Source of the DNA: Fimbriimonadales bacterium
GTDB lineage: Bacteria; Armatimonadota; Fimbriimonadia; Fimbriimonadales; ATM1
Direction of reading: 5' to 3'
Assembly: GCA_051003155.1 (NCBI GenBank)
Contig: JBPCLO010000043.1
Coordinates: forward strand, 1-18,948
Length of the DNA: 18,948 nt
In this document: in pieces, positions 9,284-18,057 of the stretch
How positions within the stretch are numbered: the first letter of the stretch is position 1
Layout: every line of letters starts with the position of its first letter
The notes under the pieces: generated by a model
The model's input: the letters and a program-made list of their open reading frames with translations, nothing else
What the model was told of the DNA's origin: nothing
Database searches by the model: none
Translations under genes and position numbers: made by a program

Positions 9284-9402
9284 CGACAAGCACAATTTTA
9301 CATCAAGGCGGGCTTGCCCAGCAGCCAAAGGCCCAAGCCGATGAGGAGCGTCCATACGACCTGCAGGAACCGATCCTCAAGAATGCGGCATACCGAAACG
9401 CT

Positions 9403-10512
9403 TTGCTCGCGTGGACGGAGGACCCCGACGACGAACTCGCCTCAGAACTGCGCGAGAAGAAGCAGCAGAGCCTCCACGCGCTCAGAGTGGCCTCGAAGAG
9501 TCCGCACAGTGCACGCGCACAAGGATTGATTGCCCTTCTGGACTTCTTCGGGGCGGACGGCATCGACAACACGCAGGACGCCCTCGATAAGATGGTGGAG
9601 CGTGCGGAAGCCAAGCGTTATTGCCTGCCGGGCGAAACGATCGAGCCATCAGAACTGCCCGGGCTTCGCTTCCACGTCTTCGGTCCGCCGCACACGGCCA
9701 AGCAGGTGAAGCGAAGCAGGCCTACCAAGAAGGAAAAGGAGACCTGCGTAGTCTACAAGCTGGGGGCCCGCTTACGCTCGCAGAATCATTCTTTGCCGGC
9801 TTCGCCAAACCGTCGGCCACCGGGACTTCGCTGACCGAAGAGGAGGAGCTCGCCGAGCTCAGCTTCCCGATCGACCGAAAATTTCGGATTGGGCTTGACG
9901 GGCCATCACATGACCGGCCCGCCGAGGCGGTCCGCGCGCTGTATGTCGACAATCAACACGCGTGGCGCTCGATCGGCGACGACTGGCTCAGGGTCGCCGA
10001 AATGCTTGCCCTGCAACTCGACAGCGCCACCAACAACACGAGCCTCGCACCGGCGATAGAGATTATCGGTTCGGGCGAGGTGCTGCTCTTCCTCGGCGAC
10101 GCCCAGGTCGGAAGCTGGACGTCTTGGGCCGACCTTTGGTGGCAGGCAGCGGACGGCCAGGTGCTCATCGACGACCTGCTTGCGAACACGGTTCTATATA
10201 AGGTCGGCCACCACGGCAGCCACAACGCCACCCTCAGGAGCGAGGGCTTGCTGAAGATGACCCACCCGCGACTGGCCGCTATGATTCCGGTTGACCGCAC
10301 CATGGCGAGAAGAAGGGCTGGAAGATGCCATATCCGGACCTGTACCTCGATTTGCAGGCACAGACTCGGGGAAGAGTGATCGAACTTGATCAAGGAATCC
10401 CTTCGCGAAGCCGCGCGCGATCAGCGCAACCGATTGGGGCATGTTCAAGAATTCCGTAAGATTTTCAGACCACGAGCGACTCTGGGTAGAGTACGAAATC
10501 GGCGGTAGCTAA
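9403..10512 (+). pseudogene. 5'-truncated, frameshifted MBL-fold (ComEC-like) metallo-hydrolase
   Basis: Frame +1 gives LAWTEDPDDELA...VYKL. Frame +3 gives GGPLTLAESFF...LQLDSATNNTSL...GDAQVG...YKVGHHGSHNAT. Frame +2 gives KKGWKMPYPDLY...TRGRVI. Frame +1 then gives KPRAISATDW...LWVEYEIGGS* (TAA 10510-10512). No N-terminal HxHxDH motif, no convincing start and no RBS. Confidence 0.8.
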
Positions 10513-10515
10513 CGG

Positions 10516-11193
10516 TTACGAAACGGTTCGGTGGCTCTTGGCGAGCTGCGGCTGCACGCCGGTTTCCACGAAGTGGACCCGCTCGGCAATATTCACCAAA
10601 TGGTCAGCTACGCGCTCCAAGTAGTGAGCCACGAAGAGCAGATACGATGCTTGCACAACGAGTTCAGGCTCTCGCTTCATAGCTTCGTGCAGTTCAGTGC
10701 GGATCGCGTGGAATAGGTCGTCCACCTCGTCGTCCGTGTCAATCACCTTACCGGTCAATAATAAATCGTGGTTCACAAAGGCCTCGAGGGCGTCTCTGAT
10801 CATGCGCCTTACTGCGCCCCCCATTGGCGCGAAGTCCACCAGTTCGGCTTCTCCGCTAGTTGCAAGTTTGCGCGCCACTTTAGCGATATCGACGGCATGG
10901 TCGCCGATTCTTTCCAGATCAGTAATGACCTTGAGCGCCGTGCCTATTAAACGAAGGTCCCGGGCCAGGGGTTGCTGCAAAGCAATCAGCCGGATACACT
11001 CGGTCTCGATTTCCACATCAAGATCGTCGATCTTGTCATCTGCGGCGATGACAAGCTCAGCCAGCGACACATCGCGCCGAACGAGGGCTTGCATGGCCAT
11101 CTCGATCATCTGGCCGGCGTGGCTGCCCATTTCGAGAAGCTGGTTTCGCAGCCCCTCTAGCTCTTCTTCAAACTGTGTTCTGGTTAGTTGCAT
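10516..11193 (-). CDS. phoU: Phosphate signalling complex protein PhoU
   Basis: IALQQPLARDLR, DLERIGDHA, DDEVDDL and YLERVADHLVNIAERV. ATG at 11193. Confidence 0.96.
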   Translation of the reverse strand: MQLTRTQFEEELEGLRNQLLEMGSHAGQMIEMAMQALVRRDVSLAELVIAADDKIDDLDVEIETECIRLIALQQPLARDLRLIGTALKVITDLERIGDHAVDIAKVARKLATSGEAELVDFAPMGGAVRRMIRDALEAFVNHDLLLTGKVIDTDDEVDDLFHAIRTELHEAMKREPELVVQASYLLFVAHYLERVADHLVNIAERVHFVETGVQPQLAKSHRTVS

Positions 11194-12382
11194 CAAAACT
11201 TTCCATTATGTCGGCCGACCCCGTTGGCAAGTCGACTTTAAAGGCCGATCCCCGATTGAAATCACTGTTTGCCGTAATGCTGCCATCGTGGGCCTCCACA
11301 ATATGCTTAACGATTGAGAGGCCCAAACCGGTGCCACCCGATTGGCGTGATCGAGCGCGGTCCACTCTATAGAAACGTTCGAATATCCGCGAAAGGTGCT
11401 CCTGAGCGATGCCGAAGCCAGTGTCGGAAACCGTCAGGTGAACCGAACCGGGTGATCCCCGCACTGCCACATCGACCGACCCGCCGGGCGAATTATACTT
11501 AATCGCGTTGTCGATCAAGTTGACCAACACTTGCTCCATTTGATCTTGGGCCGCAATCACCGTTATTCCTGGCTCGATGCCTGCTTGAAGGGTTATGCCT
11601 GCCTGCTTCGCGGGGCCGTGAAACCGAATAATCACCGATTCGGTCAGCTTGGAAAAGTCAAAGCCGGCTTTCGACGAGGGCCGCGATTCTGCTTCGGAAA
11701 GGGTCAATAAATCGTTGGCAATACGCGTCAGTCGGTCGACCTCGCTGATGATCGTCTCCAGAAAGCTCCGCGAAATTCGCTCTTCCATCCCGGGTCCATC
11801 TTGAAGGGTCTCGGCCATAGCCCTAATTGAAGCGAGCGGAGTCCTCAGTTCATGCGAAACGTTGGCGACGAAGTCCTGCCTAACGGTCTGCAAGCGCCGG
11901 AGCGTCGTCACGTCCTGCGCGACGATAAGCGTCCCCTCGTGAACCCCGTCGTTCGTGACGGGCCGCACGGTAACGCGTAAAAACCGACCTTCTGACCCTG
12001 GGAATCGGACGGTGCGCGAACGCGTTTCGTCCCCCTCGATGGCAGATCGAACCAACTGCTCGATGTCTGCGGAAAGGGTCACCTGGATGAGGGGCCTGCC
12101 CACAAGGTCGGATGCGGGCGTCTCGTTGAGCTTGGCTGCGTTGCTGTTGGCCATGACGATTGCACCGTTCTTGTCGATTGCCAGGACCGCGGTTCCACAA
12201 GCCTCCATGAGCGCATTAAACGCGCGGCGATCCGCATTTCCAGCGCCTTCTGCTTCGGATAGCCTCTTACTCAGGGCCTGCGAGCGCGTTTCATAATCCT
12301 GCTTTAGTCGATTAATCTGCCTTAGCACGCCAATAACGCACAAAACGGCTCCTGTAGCAACGATAAATAGAAGCAACACCAT
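11168..12382 (-). CDS. phoR: Phosphate regulon sensor histidine kinase (PhoR-like, one N-terminal TM, PAS, HisKA, HATPase)
   Basis: DFVANVSHELRTPL, NLIDNAIKY, DTGFGI, IFERFYRVDRARSRQSGGTGLGLSIVKHIVEAH. Lies between phoB and phoU. Confidence 0.9.
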   Translation of the reverse strand: MVLLLFIVATGAVLCVIGVLRQINRLKQDYETRSQALSKRLSEAEGAGNADRRAFNALMEACGTAVLAIDKNGAIVMANSNAAKLNETPASDLVGRPLIQVTLSADIEQLVRSAIEGDETRSRTVRFPGSEGRFLRVTVRPVTNDGVHEGTLIVAQDVTTLRRLQTVRQDFVANVSHELRTPLASIRAMAETLQDGPGMEERISRSFLETIISEVDRLTRIANDLLTLSEAESRPSSKAGFDFSKLTESVIIRFHGPAKQAGITLQAGIEPGITVIAAQDQMEQVLVNLIDNAIKYNSPGGSVDVAVRGSPGSVHLTVSDTGFGIAQEHLSRIFERFYRVDRARSRQSGGTGLGLSIVKHIVEAHDGSITANSDFNRGSAFKVDLPTGSADIMESFDATNQNTV

Positions 12383-12391
12383 TTCTATTAA

Positions 12392-13084
12392 TCACGCCTT
12401 TGGCGCACTGCTCAATTTGTATCCTATTCCGCGCACGGTGAGCAGTACTCTAGGTCGGGACGGGTCGGCTTCAATTTTCTCACGCAGCCAGCGCATGTGG
12501 ACATCTACGGTTCTCTCCTCCACATAGGCGTCCGAGCCCCATGCTCGGTCGAGGAGAGCCTGGCGCTGGAAAACTTGGTCGGGGTAAGTCGCCAGTATTT
12601 CGAGCAATGAAAATTCCCTCGGAGTCAGTTCGACTTCCTTGCCGTTTACTTTGACTTCGTGCCGGATCTTATCGATGGCAATTCCGGCTACCTCCAGTTT
12701 GATCGTTGACCCGCCATTTCCGGCTAATGCAGGCCTCCTTAAAATGGCGCGCACTCGGGCCATTAGCTCGCGCATGCTGAATGGCTTGGTCACATAGTCG
12801 TCGGCGCCTAGCTCGAGCCCGACAACTCTGTCCGTCTCATCGGAGCGAGCCGTAAGCATGATAATCGGAACGTCGCTGTCCGCGCGAAGTCGCCTGCATA
12901 TCTCGAATCCGCTCATGGAGGGCAACATCACGTCCAGAATAATTAATTGCGGATTCTGAGTTTTGAACAGGCTCATGCACTCTTCTGCGTTGGACGCGGC
13001 AAGAGGCTCGTATCCTTCCTTGCGCAGATTATAGGTTATTGCTTGAACAATTGGCGCTTCATCGTCTACAACAAGGATTTTCAT
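12392..13084 (-). CDS. phoB: OmpR/PhoB-family response regulator (phosphate regulon)
   Basis: MKILVVDDE (ATG 13084; alternative TTG at 13108), LDVMLP, GADDYVTKPF, ERTVDVHMRWLREKIE, TVRGIGY. The name is assigned from operon context. Confidence 0.88.
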   Translation of the reverse strand: MKILVVDDEAPIVQAITYNLRKEGYEPLAASNAEECMSLFKTQNPQLIILDVMLPSMSGFEICRRLRADSDVPIIMLTARSDETDRVVGLELGADDYVTKPFSMRELMARVRAILRRPALAGNGGSTIKLEVAGIAIDKIRHEVKVNGKEVELTPREFSLLEILATYPDQVFQRQALLDRAWGSDAYVEERTVDVHMRWLREKIEADPSRPRVLLTVRGIGYKLSSAPKA

Positions 13085-13100
13085 ATTGTGGGATTTCAAA

Positions 13101-14021
13101 TTATCCAAACCGCCCGCTTATATAATCCTCGGTGCGCACATCGTCCGGTTTCGTAAATATCTTGCCGGTTTCGCCAAATTCGATCAATTCTCCGTTTAGA
13201 AAGAATCCAGTCATATCCGAAACACGAGCAGCCTGCTGCATGTTGTGGGTGACTACAACAACGGTGTAATCCTTTCGCAATTCCTTCATCAAGTCCTCAA
13301 TCCGGAAGGTCGCGTTGGGATCGAGCGCCGACGTCGGTTCGTCCATAAGTAGGATGTGAGGTTGAACAGCTAAAACCCGCGCTATGCAGAGCCGCTGCTG
13401 CTGGCCGCCCGACAATTCGAAAGCGGATTTATGAAGCGAATCCTTAACCTCCTCCCAAAGGACAGCCTGACGGAGGCTCTTTTCGGCGATTTCCGTTAGC
13501 CGCGCACGAGATTTTTCGCCGTGAATCCTCGCGCCATAAACCACATTCTCGAAAATCGACTTGGGGAACGGATTGGCGCGTTGGAAGACCATCCCAACTC
13601 TCTTTCGAAGTTCGCATACGTCGACGTCCGGGGAGTGAATGTCGTAGCCTTCCACGAAGACCTCACCTTGCGTGCGCGTACCATCGATTTCGTCGTTCAT
13701 GCGATTGAACACCCTAAGAAACGTGCTCTTCCCGCAGCCGGAGGGCCCGATCAACGCGGTTACTTTCTTTTCGGGAATTTCGATGGACACGCCCGTCAGG
13801 GCGCGCGTCGTGCCGTAATAGAACCCGAGGTCGCGCGCTGCCAGCATCGCGCGGCTATCACCGTCGCTTGCGGTTCGAGATGGCACGCCTTCGTCTTCGG
13901 TTTCGACTGCGGATACCTTTCGCATATCAATGCCCTTCCATCCCGCGGAGGACTCATCGGCTTGGGCGAAGGCGCCGAAGCTGGCAATATTGTCGTTTTC
14001 GCTTTGATAAGGGGTACTCAT
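13101..14021 (-). CDS. pstB: Phosphate ABC transporter ATP-binding protein PstB
   Basis: [69 protein letters not shown]. The start is uncertain (14021 or 13925). Confidence 0.96.
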   Translation of the reverse strand: MSTPYQSENDNIASFGAFAQADESSAGWKGIDMRKVSAVETEDEGVPSRTASDGDSRAMLAARDLGFYYGTTRALTGVSIEIPEKKVTALIGPSGCGKSTFLRVFNRMNDEIDGTRTQGEVFVEGYDIHSPDVDVCELRKRVGMVFQRANPFPKSIFENVVYGARIHGEKSRARLTEIAEKSLRQAVLWEEVKDSLHKSAFELSGGQQQRLCIARVLAVQPHILLMDEPTSALDPNATFRIEDLMKELRKDYTVVVVTHNMQQAARVSDMTGFFLNGELIEFGETGKIFTKPDDVRTEDYISGRFG

Positions 14022-14049
14022 TGGACGGTCTTCACTTGAATTGGGTCGG

Positions 14050-14931
14050 TTAACTTGCCTGGTTTCTCAAACGGTTTCGGATAAAGATCGCCACGCCGTT
14101 CATCGCAAGGAGCACCACTAGAAGAATTATGATGCCGGCCGAAGCCACGCTGTGGAACTCGGCCTGCGGCCGCGATGACCAGTTGAATATCTGAATGGGC
14201 AGCGCAGTGAACGAATCTGTAATACCGGACGGAACGAAAGCCATGTAAGTCAGCGCCCCGATGGTGATGAGCGGAGCCGTCTCTCCCATCGCCCGGGAAA
14301 TCGATAAGATTATGCCGGTCATGATTCCGGGCGCCGCCGACGGAAGCACTTGCCTCGCCACCGTCTGCCAGCGGCTCGCGCCGAGTGCAAGAGACCCGTC
14401 GCGCAAGGACTTTGGGACTGCGCGCAGCGCCTCCTGTGTGACGATGATGATCATCGGCAAGATGAGAAGGCTGAGTGTCAACGCCCCCGCCAAGACGCTC
14501 CGCTCCAAGGCAAATGCTCTCACGAAGAGCGCCAATCCCAAGAGCCCGTAAACGATAGAGGGCACACCCGCCAAGTTGGCGATGTTGAGCTGGATAAGCC
14601 GGTTAAGGCGACTGGGACTCGCAAGCTCCTCCAGGTAGATGGCTGCGGCGACCCCGATTGGGAGCGAGATCACCGCAGTGAGCCCGATGATCCATATCGA
14701 GCCGAACAGGGCAGCTTTGATGCCCGCCTTGTCCGCGAACCGGGAAGGGAAGGAAGTGATGAAGTCCCAGTTCAGCCGGCCCAAACCGTCTCGTGCCACG
14801 CCGAACAGCAGAACCGCGAGGAGCAACACGCCAAGAAAGGCGGCCGCGAAGCAAAGGTAACCGAATGCCCTGTCCTTGAACCCGCGAGCACTTCTGGAAT
14901 GCGTCGCCGAGAAGCCGGAAGAAGCGCTCAC
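14050..14931 (-). CDS. pstA: Phosphate ABC transporter permease PstA
   Basis: [48 protein letters not shown]. Multiple TM segments and an ATGA overlap with pstC. Confidence 0.95.
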   Translation of the reverse strand: MSASSGFSATHSRSARGFKDRAFGYLCFAAAFLGVLLLAVLLFGVARDGLGRLNWDFITSFPSRFADKAGIKAALFGSIWIIGLTAVISLPIGVAAAIYLEELASPSRLNRLIQLNIANLAGVPSIVYGLLGLALFVRAFALERSVLAGALTLSLLILPMIIIVTQEALRAVPKSLRDGSLALGASRWQTVARQVLPSAAPGIMTGIILSISRAMGETAPLITIGALTYMAFVPSGITDSFTALPIQIFNWSSRPQAEFHSVASAGIIILLVVLLAMNGVAIFIRNRLRNQAS

Positions 14932-15875
14932 TGGTACGCGCTCCTAAATCTCGCCACGAGCTTTCGGGCAATGAGATTCATGACGAGGGTGATGAGGAAC
15001 AGCGTCATACCAACGGCGAAGATGGTTTTGTAGATGATGGTTCCGGCTGGGGTGTCGCCCTGGCTTACCTGGACGATATAGGACGTCATGGTTTGGATAC
15101 TTTCGGCCGGGTTGAGCGTGAGCTTCGGCGTCATGCCCGCAGCCAGGGTAACAGCCATCGTTTCTCCGACAGCCCGAGAAATGGCTAGGATGAAGGAAGC
15201 CATGATTCCGGATAGGGCGGCCGGGACCACGATCTTCGTCGACACTTCGAATTTTGTCGAACCCAGGCCGTAGGCAGCATCGCGCAGGGACCTCGGCACA
15301 GCCGAAAGGGCATCTTCGCACAGCGAGGATACAAGGGGCAGCACCATGATTCCCACGACAATCGCGCCCGAAGCGGCATTGAATACCTGTACGCTTGGAA
15401 ACACTTCCCGCAAAAGGGGGGTTACGAAAGTGAGGCCGAAGAATCCATAAACGACAGTCGGGACTCCAGCGAGGACTTCGAGAGTGGGTTTGAGCGTCTT
15501 CCTCACTCTCGGCGAGGCATATTCGCTAAGGTACACGGCGGCGAGCAAGCCGAGCGGCAAGGAGAAAAGGGCGGCTCCTGCAGCCACGAGAAATGTTCCG
15601 CAAAGCAGGGGCAGAATCCCGAAGCTGCTCGGTTCGAAGAGGGGCGCCCACCGGGTGCCCGTCAGGAACTCGATGATCGACACTCTTTGGAAAAAAGCCA
15701 CGCTCTCGCTCGCCAGCACGTACACGATCCCGACGGTCGTAACTACCGAGATTGCGGCACAAGCAAAACAGAGCCAACCCTGGATAGCTTCGACGGCCGA
15801 CCGCAAGTTGTGCGGTCGGCGCGCCACGCCTGCATCCGGCTCCGTTACTAAGCGAGAGTCATTCGGCAGGGACAA
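14928..15875 (-). CDS. pstC: Phosphate ABC transporter permease PstC
   Basis: [41 protein letters not shown]. The exact start codon is uncertain. Confidence 0.95.
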   Translation of the reverse strand: MSLPNDSRLVTEPDAGVARRPHNLRSAVEAIQGWLCFACAAISVVTTVGIVYVLASESVAFFQRVSIIEFLTGTRWAPLFEPSSFGILPLLCGTFLVAAGAALFSLPLGLLAAVYLSEYASPRVRKTLKPTLEVLAGVPTVVYGFFGLTFVTPLLREVFPSVQVFNAASGAIVVGIMVLPLVSSLCEDALSAVPRSLRDAAYGLGSTKFEVSTKIVVPAALSGIMASFILAISRAVGETMAVTLAAGMTPKLTLNPAESIQTMTSYIVQVSQGDTPAGTIIYKTIFAVGMTLFLITLVMNLIARKLVARFRSAYQ

Positions 15876-15884
15876 TCTCCTGTG

Positions 15885-16907
15885 CTACCTCTTGAGCAAG
15901 TCTTCGATCTTGACGCCGATCTGGGAGCCTCCTGAAAACAGCGAACCCGCCTTACCCTCCTGAAATCGCTTGATCGCCAATTCGTAAGCCGCGTCCGGAA
16001 GAGGCACGTAACCGACTTCCCCCACGAGCTTCCGGCCGGCCACGCTGAGATAGAACTCGACAAAGGCCCTCACCTCCGGCCGCTCGGCCGACTTCATCGC
16101 TACATAGATGAAAATCGGCCGGGCGAGAGGCGCATAAGTGCCGCTGTTGATCGTCTCCTCGCTCGGAAGTACCGGCCCATTGCCGTTGTCGATTCCGACG
16201 AGCTTGAGCTTATCCTTATTCTCCGAGTAGTAGGCGAACCCGAAGTATCCGAGAGCGCTCGGATCACCCGCGACGCCCGTCACGAGCGTGTTATCGTCTT
16301 CGCTAGCCTGGTAGTCCGGTCTGCTCGCACCTTCTTTTCCGCATATCGCCTCGGTGAAGTAGTCGAAGGTCCCCGAATCCGTTCCGGCTCCGTACAGCTT
16401 GATCGGTCGGTTAGGGAAGCCTGGACGAACCTGGCTCCAGTTGTTGACCTTGCTGCCGGGTTCCCAAATCTTCTTTAGCTCGGCGACCGTGAGTGAGGTT
16501 GCCCAAGTATTTTGCGGGTTCACAATGATCGAGAGGCCATCGAATGCGACTGGAAGCTCGACGTATTCGATGCCGGCTGTGGCAGCCGCTTCGTCTTCGG
16601 ACTCCTTGATCGGGCGTGACGCATTCTGGATGTCGGTTTCGCTCGCAATGAACTTCTTGAACCCGCCGCCGGTGCCGGAAATTCCCACTGTGACCTTGAC
16701 GCCCGGATTCAACTTCTGAAACTCCTCGGCGACGGCCTCGGTGATCGGGAATACGGTGCTAGAACCGTCAGCGACGACCTGGCCGCTAAGCGCGCTGCCG
16801 GACGGCCCGCCGGCTTCGGTTTCGCCAGACTTAGTACACCCTGCAAGCGCAAACAACGTAGCAGAAACTAGAACTGTCGAGAACAATAGACTTCTCATCG
16901 ACCTCAT
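15885..16907 (-). CDS. pstS: Phosphate ABC transporter substrate-binding lipoprotein PstS
   Basis: Lipobox [55 protein letters not shown]. Confidence 0.95.
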   Translation of the reverse strand: MRSMRSLLFSTVLVSATLFALAGCTKSGETEAGGPSGSALSGQVVADGSSTVFPITEAVAEEFQKLNPGVKVTVGISGTGGGFKKFIASETDIQNASRPIKESEDEAAATAGIEYVELPVAFDGLSIIVNPQNTWATSLTVAELKKIWEPGSKVNNWSQVRPGFPNRPIKLYGAGTDSGTFDYFTEAICGKEGASRPDYQASEDDNTLVTGVAGDPSALGYFGFAYYSENKDKLKLVGIDNGNGPVLPSEETINSGTYAPLARPIFIYVAMKSAERPEVRAFVEFYLSVAGRKLVGEVGYVPLPDAAYELAIKRFQEGKAGSLFSGGSQIGVKIEDLLKR

Positions 16908-16920
16908 GTTGATTATCCAC

Positions 16921-16960
16921 TGTTAAGAAAAGATTAAGGGACTTTTACCACCCGGATAAC
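16921..16960 (-). promoter_or_regulatory. Putative Pho box (11-bp-period direct repeats) upstream of pstS
   Basis: Minus-strand heptamers in exact 11-nt register: GTTATCC (16960-16954), GGTAAAA (16949-16943), CTTAATC (16938-16932), CTTAACA (16927-16921). The last two are the well-matched pair. Confidence 0.65.
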
Positions 16961-17034
16961 GCTCAGGTTATGGTGGCTTCGGGGTACCGTTTCAACTGAT
17001 GGCGCCGGCACGCGGCCCTAATCGGAGGACGAAG

Positions 17035-17832
17035 TTGAACTTGATCGAGACTTTGAAGCAAATGTTAACGCCGGAGATAGTGGGCGAGGCGTCTTCGGCA
17101 TTTGGCGAGCCCGAAGGTGGAGTAGCCAAGGCCTTCGACGGCGCCATCCCGGCCGTTCTCGGCGCACTCCTGCGTACGTCCCATGGAGCCGACTTGCCAG
17201 GGGTTTTCGAAATGTTCAAGAACCCGGCAGTCATGTCAGGCGACGAAACGCAACAGGCTAAAGCTTCGAACGGCTTTGTAAGGTCGGTCTTTGGCGACAA
17301 ACTTGGCTCGGTAAGCGGCGTCCTGGCTAAGTCCTCGGGGATGAAGAAGGCCTCTGTGGGCGGCATTCTATCGCTCGTCGGTGCCCTGGTCATGAAGTTC
17401 TTCGCCAGCCGGGTACAGAACGAAGGAATGCCTCTTCCTGGTTTGACTTCGATGCTCGACGATAACCGAAATTCGATCGTGGCTGCGCTTCCCGCGGGTG
17501 TTGGCTCACTTCTTGGACTCGACCGGGCGAACGAGTCGCCAAACGTCGCCGCGATCAAGGATAAGTACGTTGTCGATACGATCCCGCCGGCGCCGGGCGG
17601 TACGAACTGGCTGGTGCCGATCCTGGCCGGACTTGTCGGTTTGGGCGTGTTGGGCTATGTTCTAACGCGCGAACCCGATGCCGCCGCACCGGCTTCCGTC
17701 GGCCAAACGGAACCCGAACCTGCTGCTCTTCAAACCGACGCTGAAACGGACAAGATCCTCCCACCGATACCTGGGGCTAAGGCGGAGAAGGGATCTGTCG
17801 AGAAGACCCTACCCGATGGCAAGTTGAAGTAG
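17035..17832 (+). CDS. DUF937-like domain membrane protein, possibly C-terminally truncated
   Basis: TTG at 17035 after GGAGG (17024-17028). Helical N-domain NLIETLKQMLTPEIV...AIPAVLGAL...VFGDKLGSV, one TM (WLVPILAGLVGLGVLGYVL) and a Pro/Ala linker, ending at EKTLPDGKLK*. The family is recognised from memory. Confidence 0.7.
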   Translation: MNLIETLKQMLTPEIVGEASSAFGEPEGGVAKAFDGAIPAVLGALLRTSHGADLPGVFEMFKNPAVMSGDETQQAKASNGFVRSVFGDKLGSVSGVLAKSSGMKKASVGGILSLVGALVMKFFASRVQNEGMPLPGLTSMLDDNRNSIVAALPAGVGSLLGLDRANESPNVAAIKDKYVVDTIPPAPGGTNWLVPILAGLVGLGVLGYVLTREPDAAAPASVGQTEPEPAALQTDAETDKILPPIPGAKAEKGSVEKTLPDGKLK

Positions 17833-17911
17833 CCGCGCAAGATCGGGCGGATCGGTTTGATCGGAACGTTGCCAATAGATCGGCTTCGTCGTCAGTTCGG
17901 CAGTCGAGGTC

Positions 17912-17987
17912 TGGTGGAGGTAGACGGATTCGAACCGACGGCCTCTTCAATGCCATTGAAGCGCTCTCCCAGCTGAGCTATACCCCC
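17912..17987 (-). tRNA. tRNA-Ala (anticodon GGC), 76 nt with encoded CCA
   Basis: GGGGGTATAGCTCAGCTGGGAGAGCGCTTCAATGGCATTGAAGAGGCCGTCGGTTCGAATCCGTCTACCTCCACCA. Acceptor stem has G3:U70, anticodon stem is CTTCA/TGAAG and the T-loop is TTCGAAT. Confidence 0.98.
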
Positions 17988-18057
17988 ACGGGTCGGCGCA
18001 AATTGTACCGCACGAGGCTCGACTAAACGCGGCAGCGGTGGGCAGTAGAATGCGTGC

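Noticed and set aside
9284..9355. 24-aa extension of TrhO
   Set aside because: The family normally starts just before VLLFYKF, and the extension runs across the putative -10 element.
9593..9600. TGGTGGAG matching the tRNA-Ala 3' end as a possible att duplicate
   Set aside because: Only 8 bp, so expected by chance. There is no integrase and the enclosed genes are housekeeping.
9755..10410. Programmed frameshifting or phase variation of the MBL gene
   Set aside because: It would need three separate shifts, only one is in a short homopolymer, and the 5' catalytic half is missing. Decay is the simpler explanation.
2520..17764. Numerous antisense or alternate-frame ORFs of 60-230 aa over suf, pst/pho and the DUF937-like gene
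   Set aside because: They are shadow ORFs of well-supported genes in GC-rich DNA, with no recognisable motifs.
8381..17987. Functional link between trhO and the nearby tRNA-Ala
   Set aside because: TrhO acts on U34, whereas this tRNA has G34, and the genes are over 8 kb apart.
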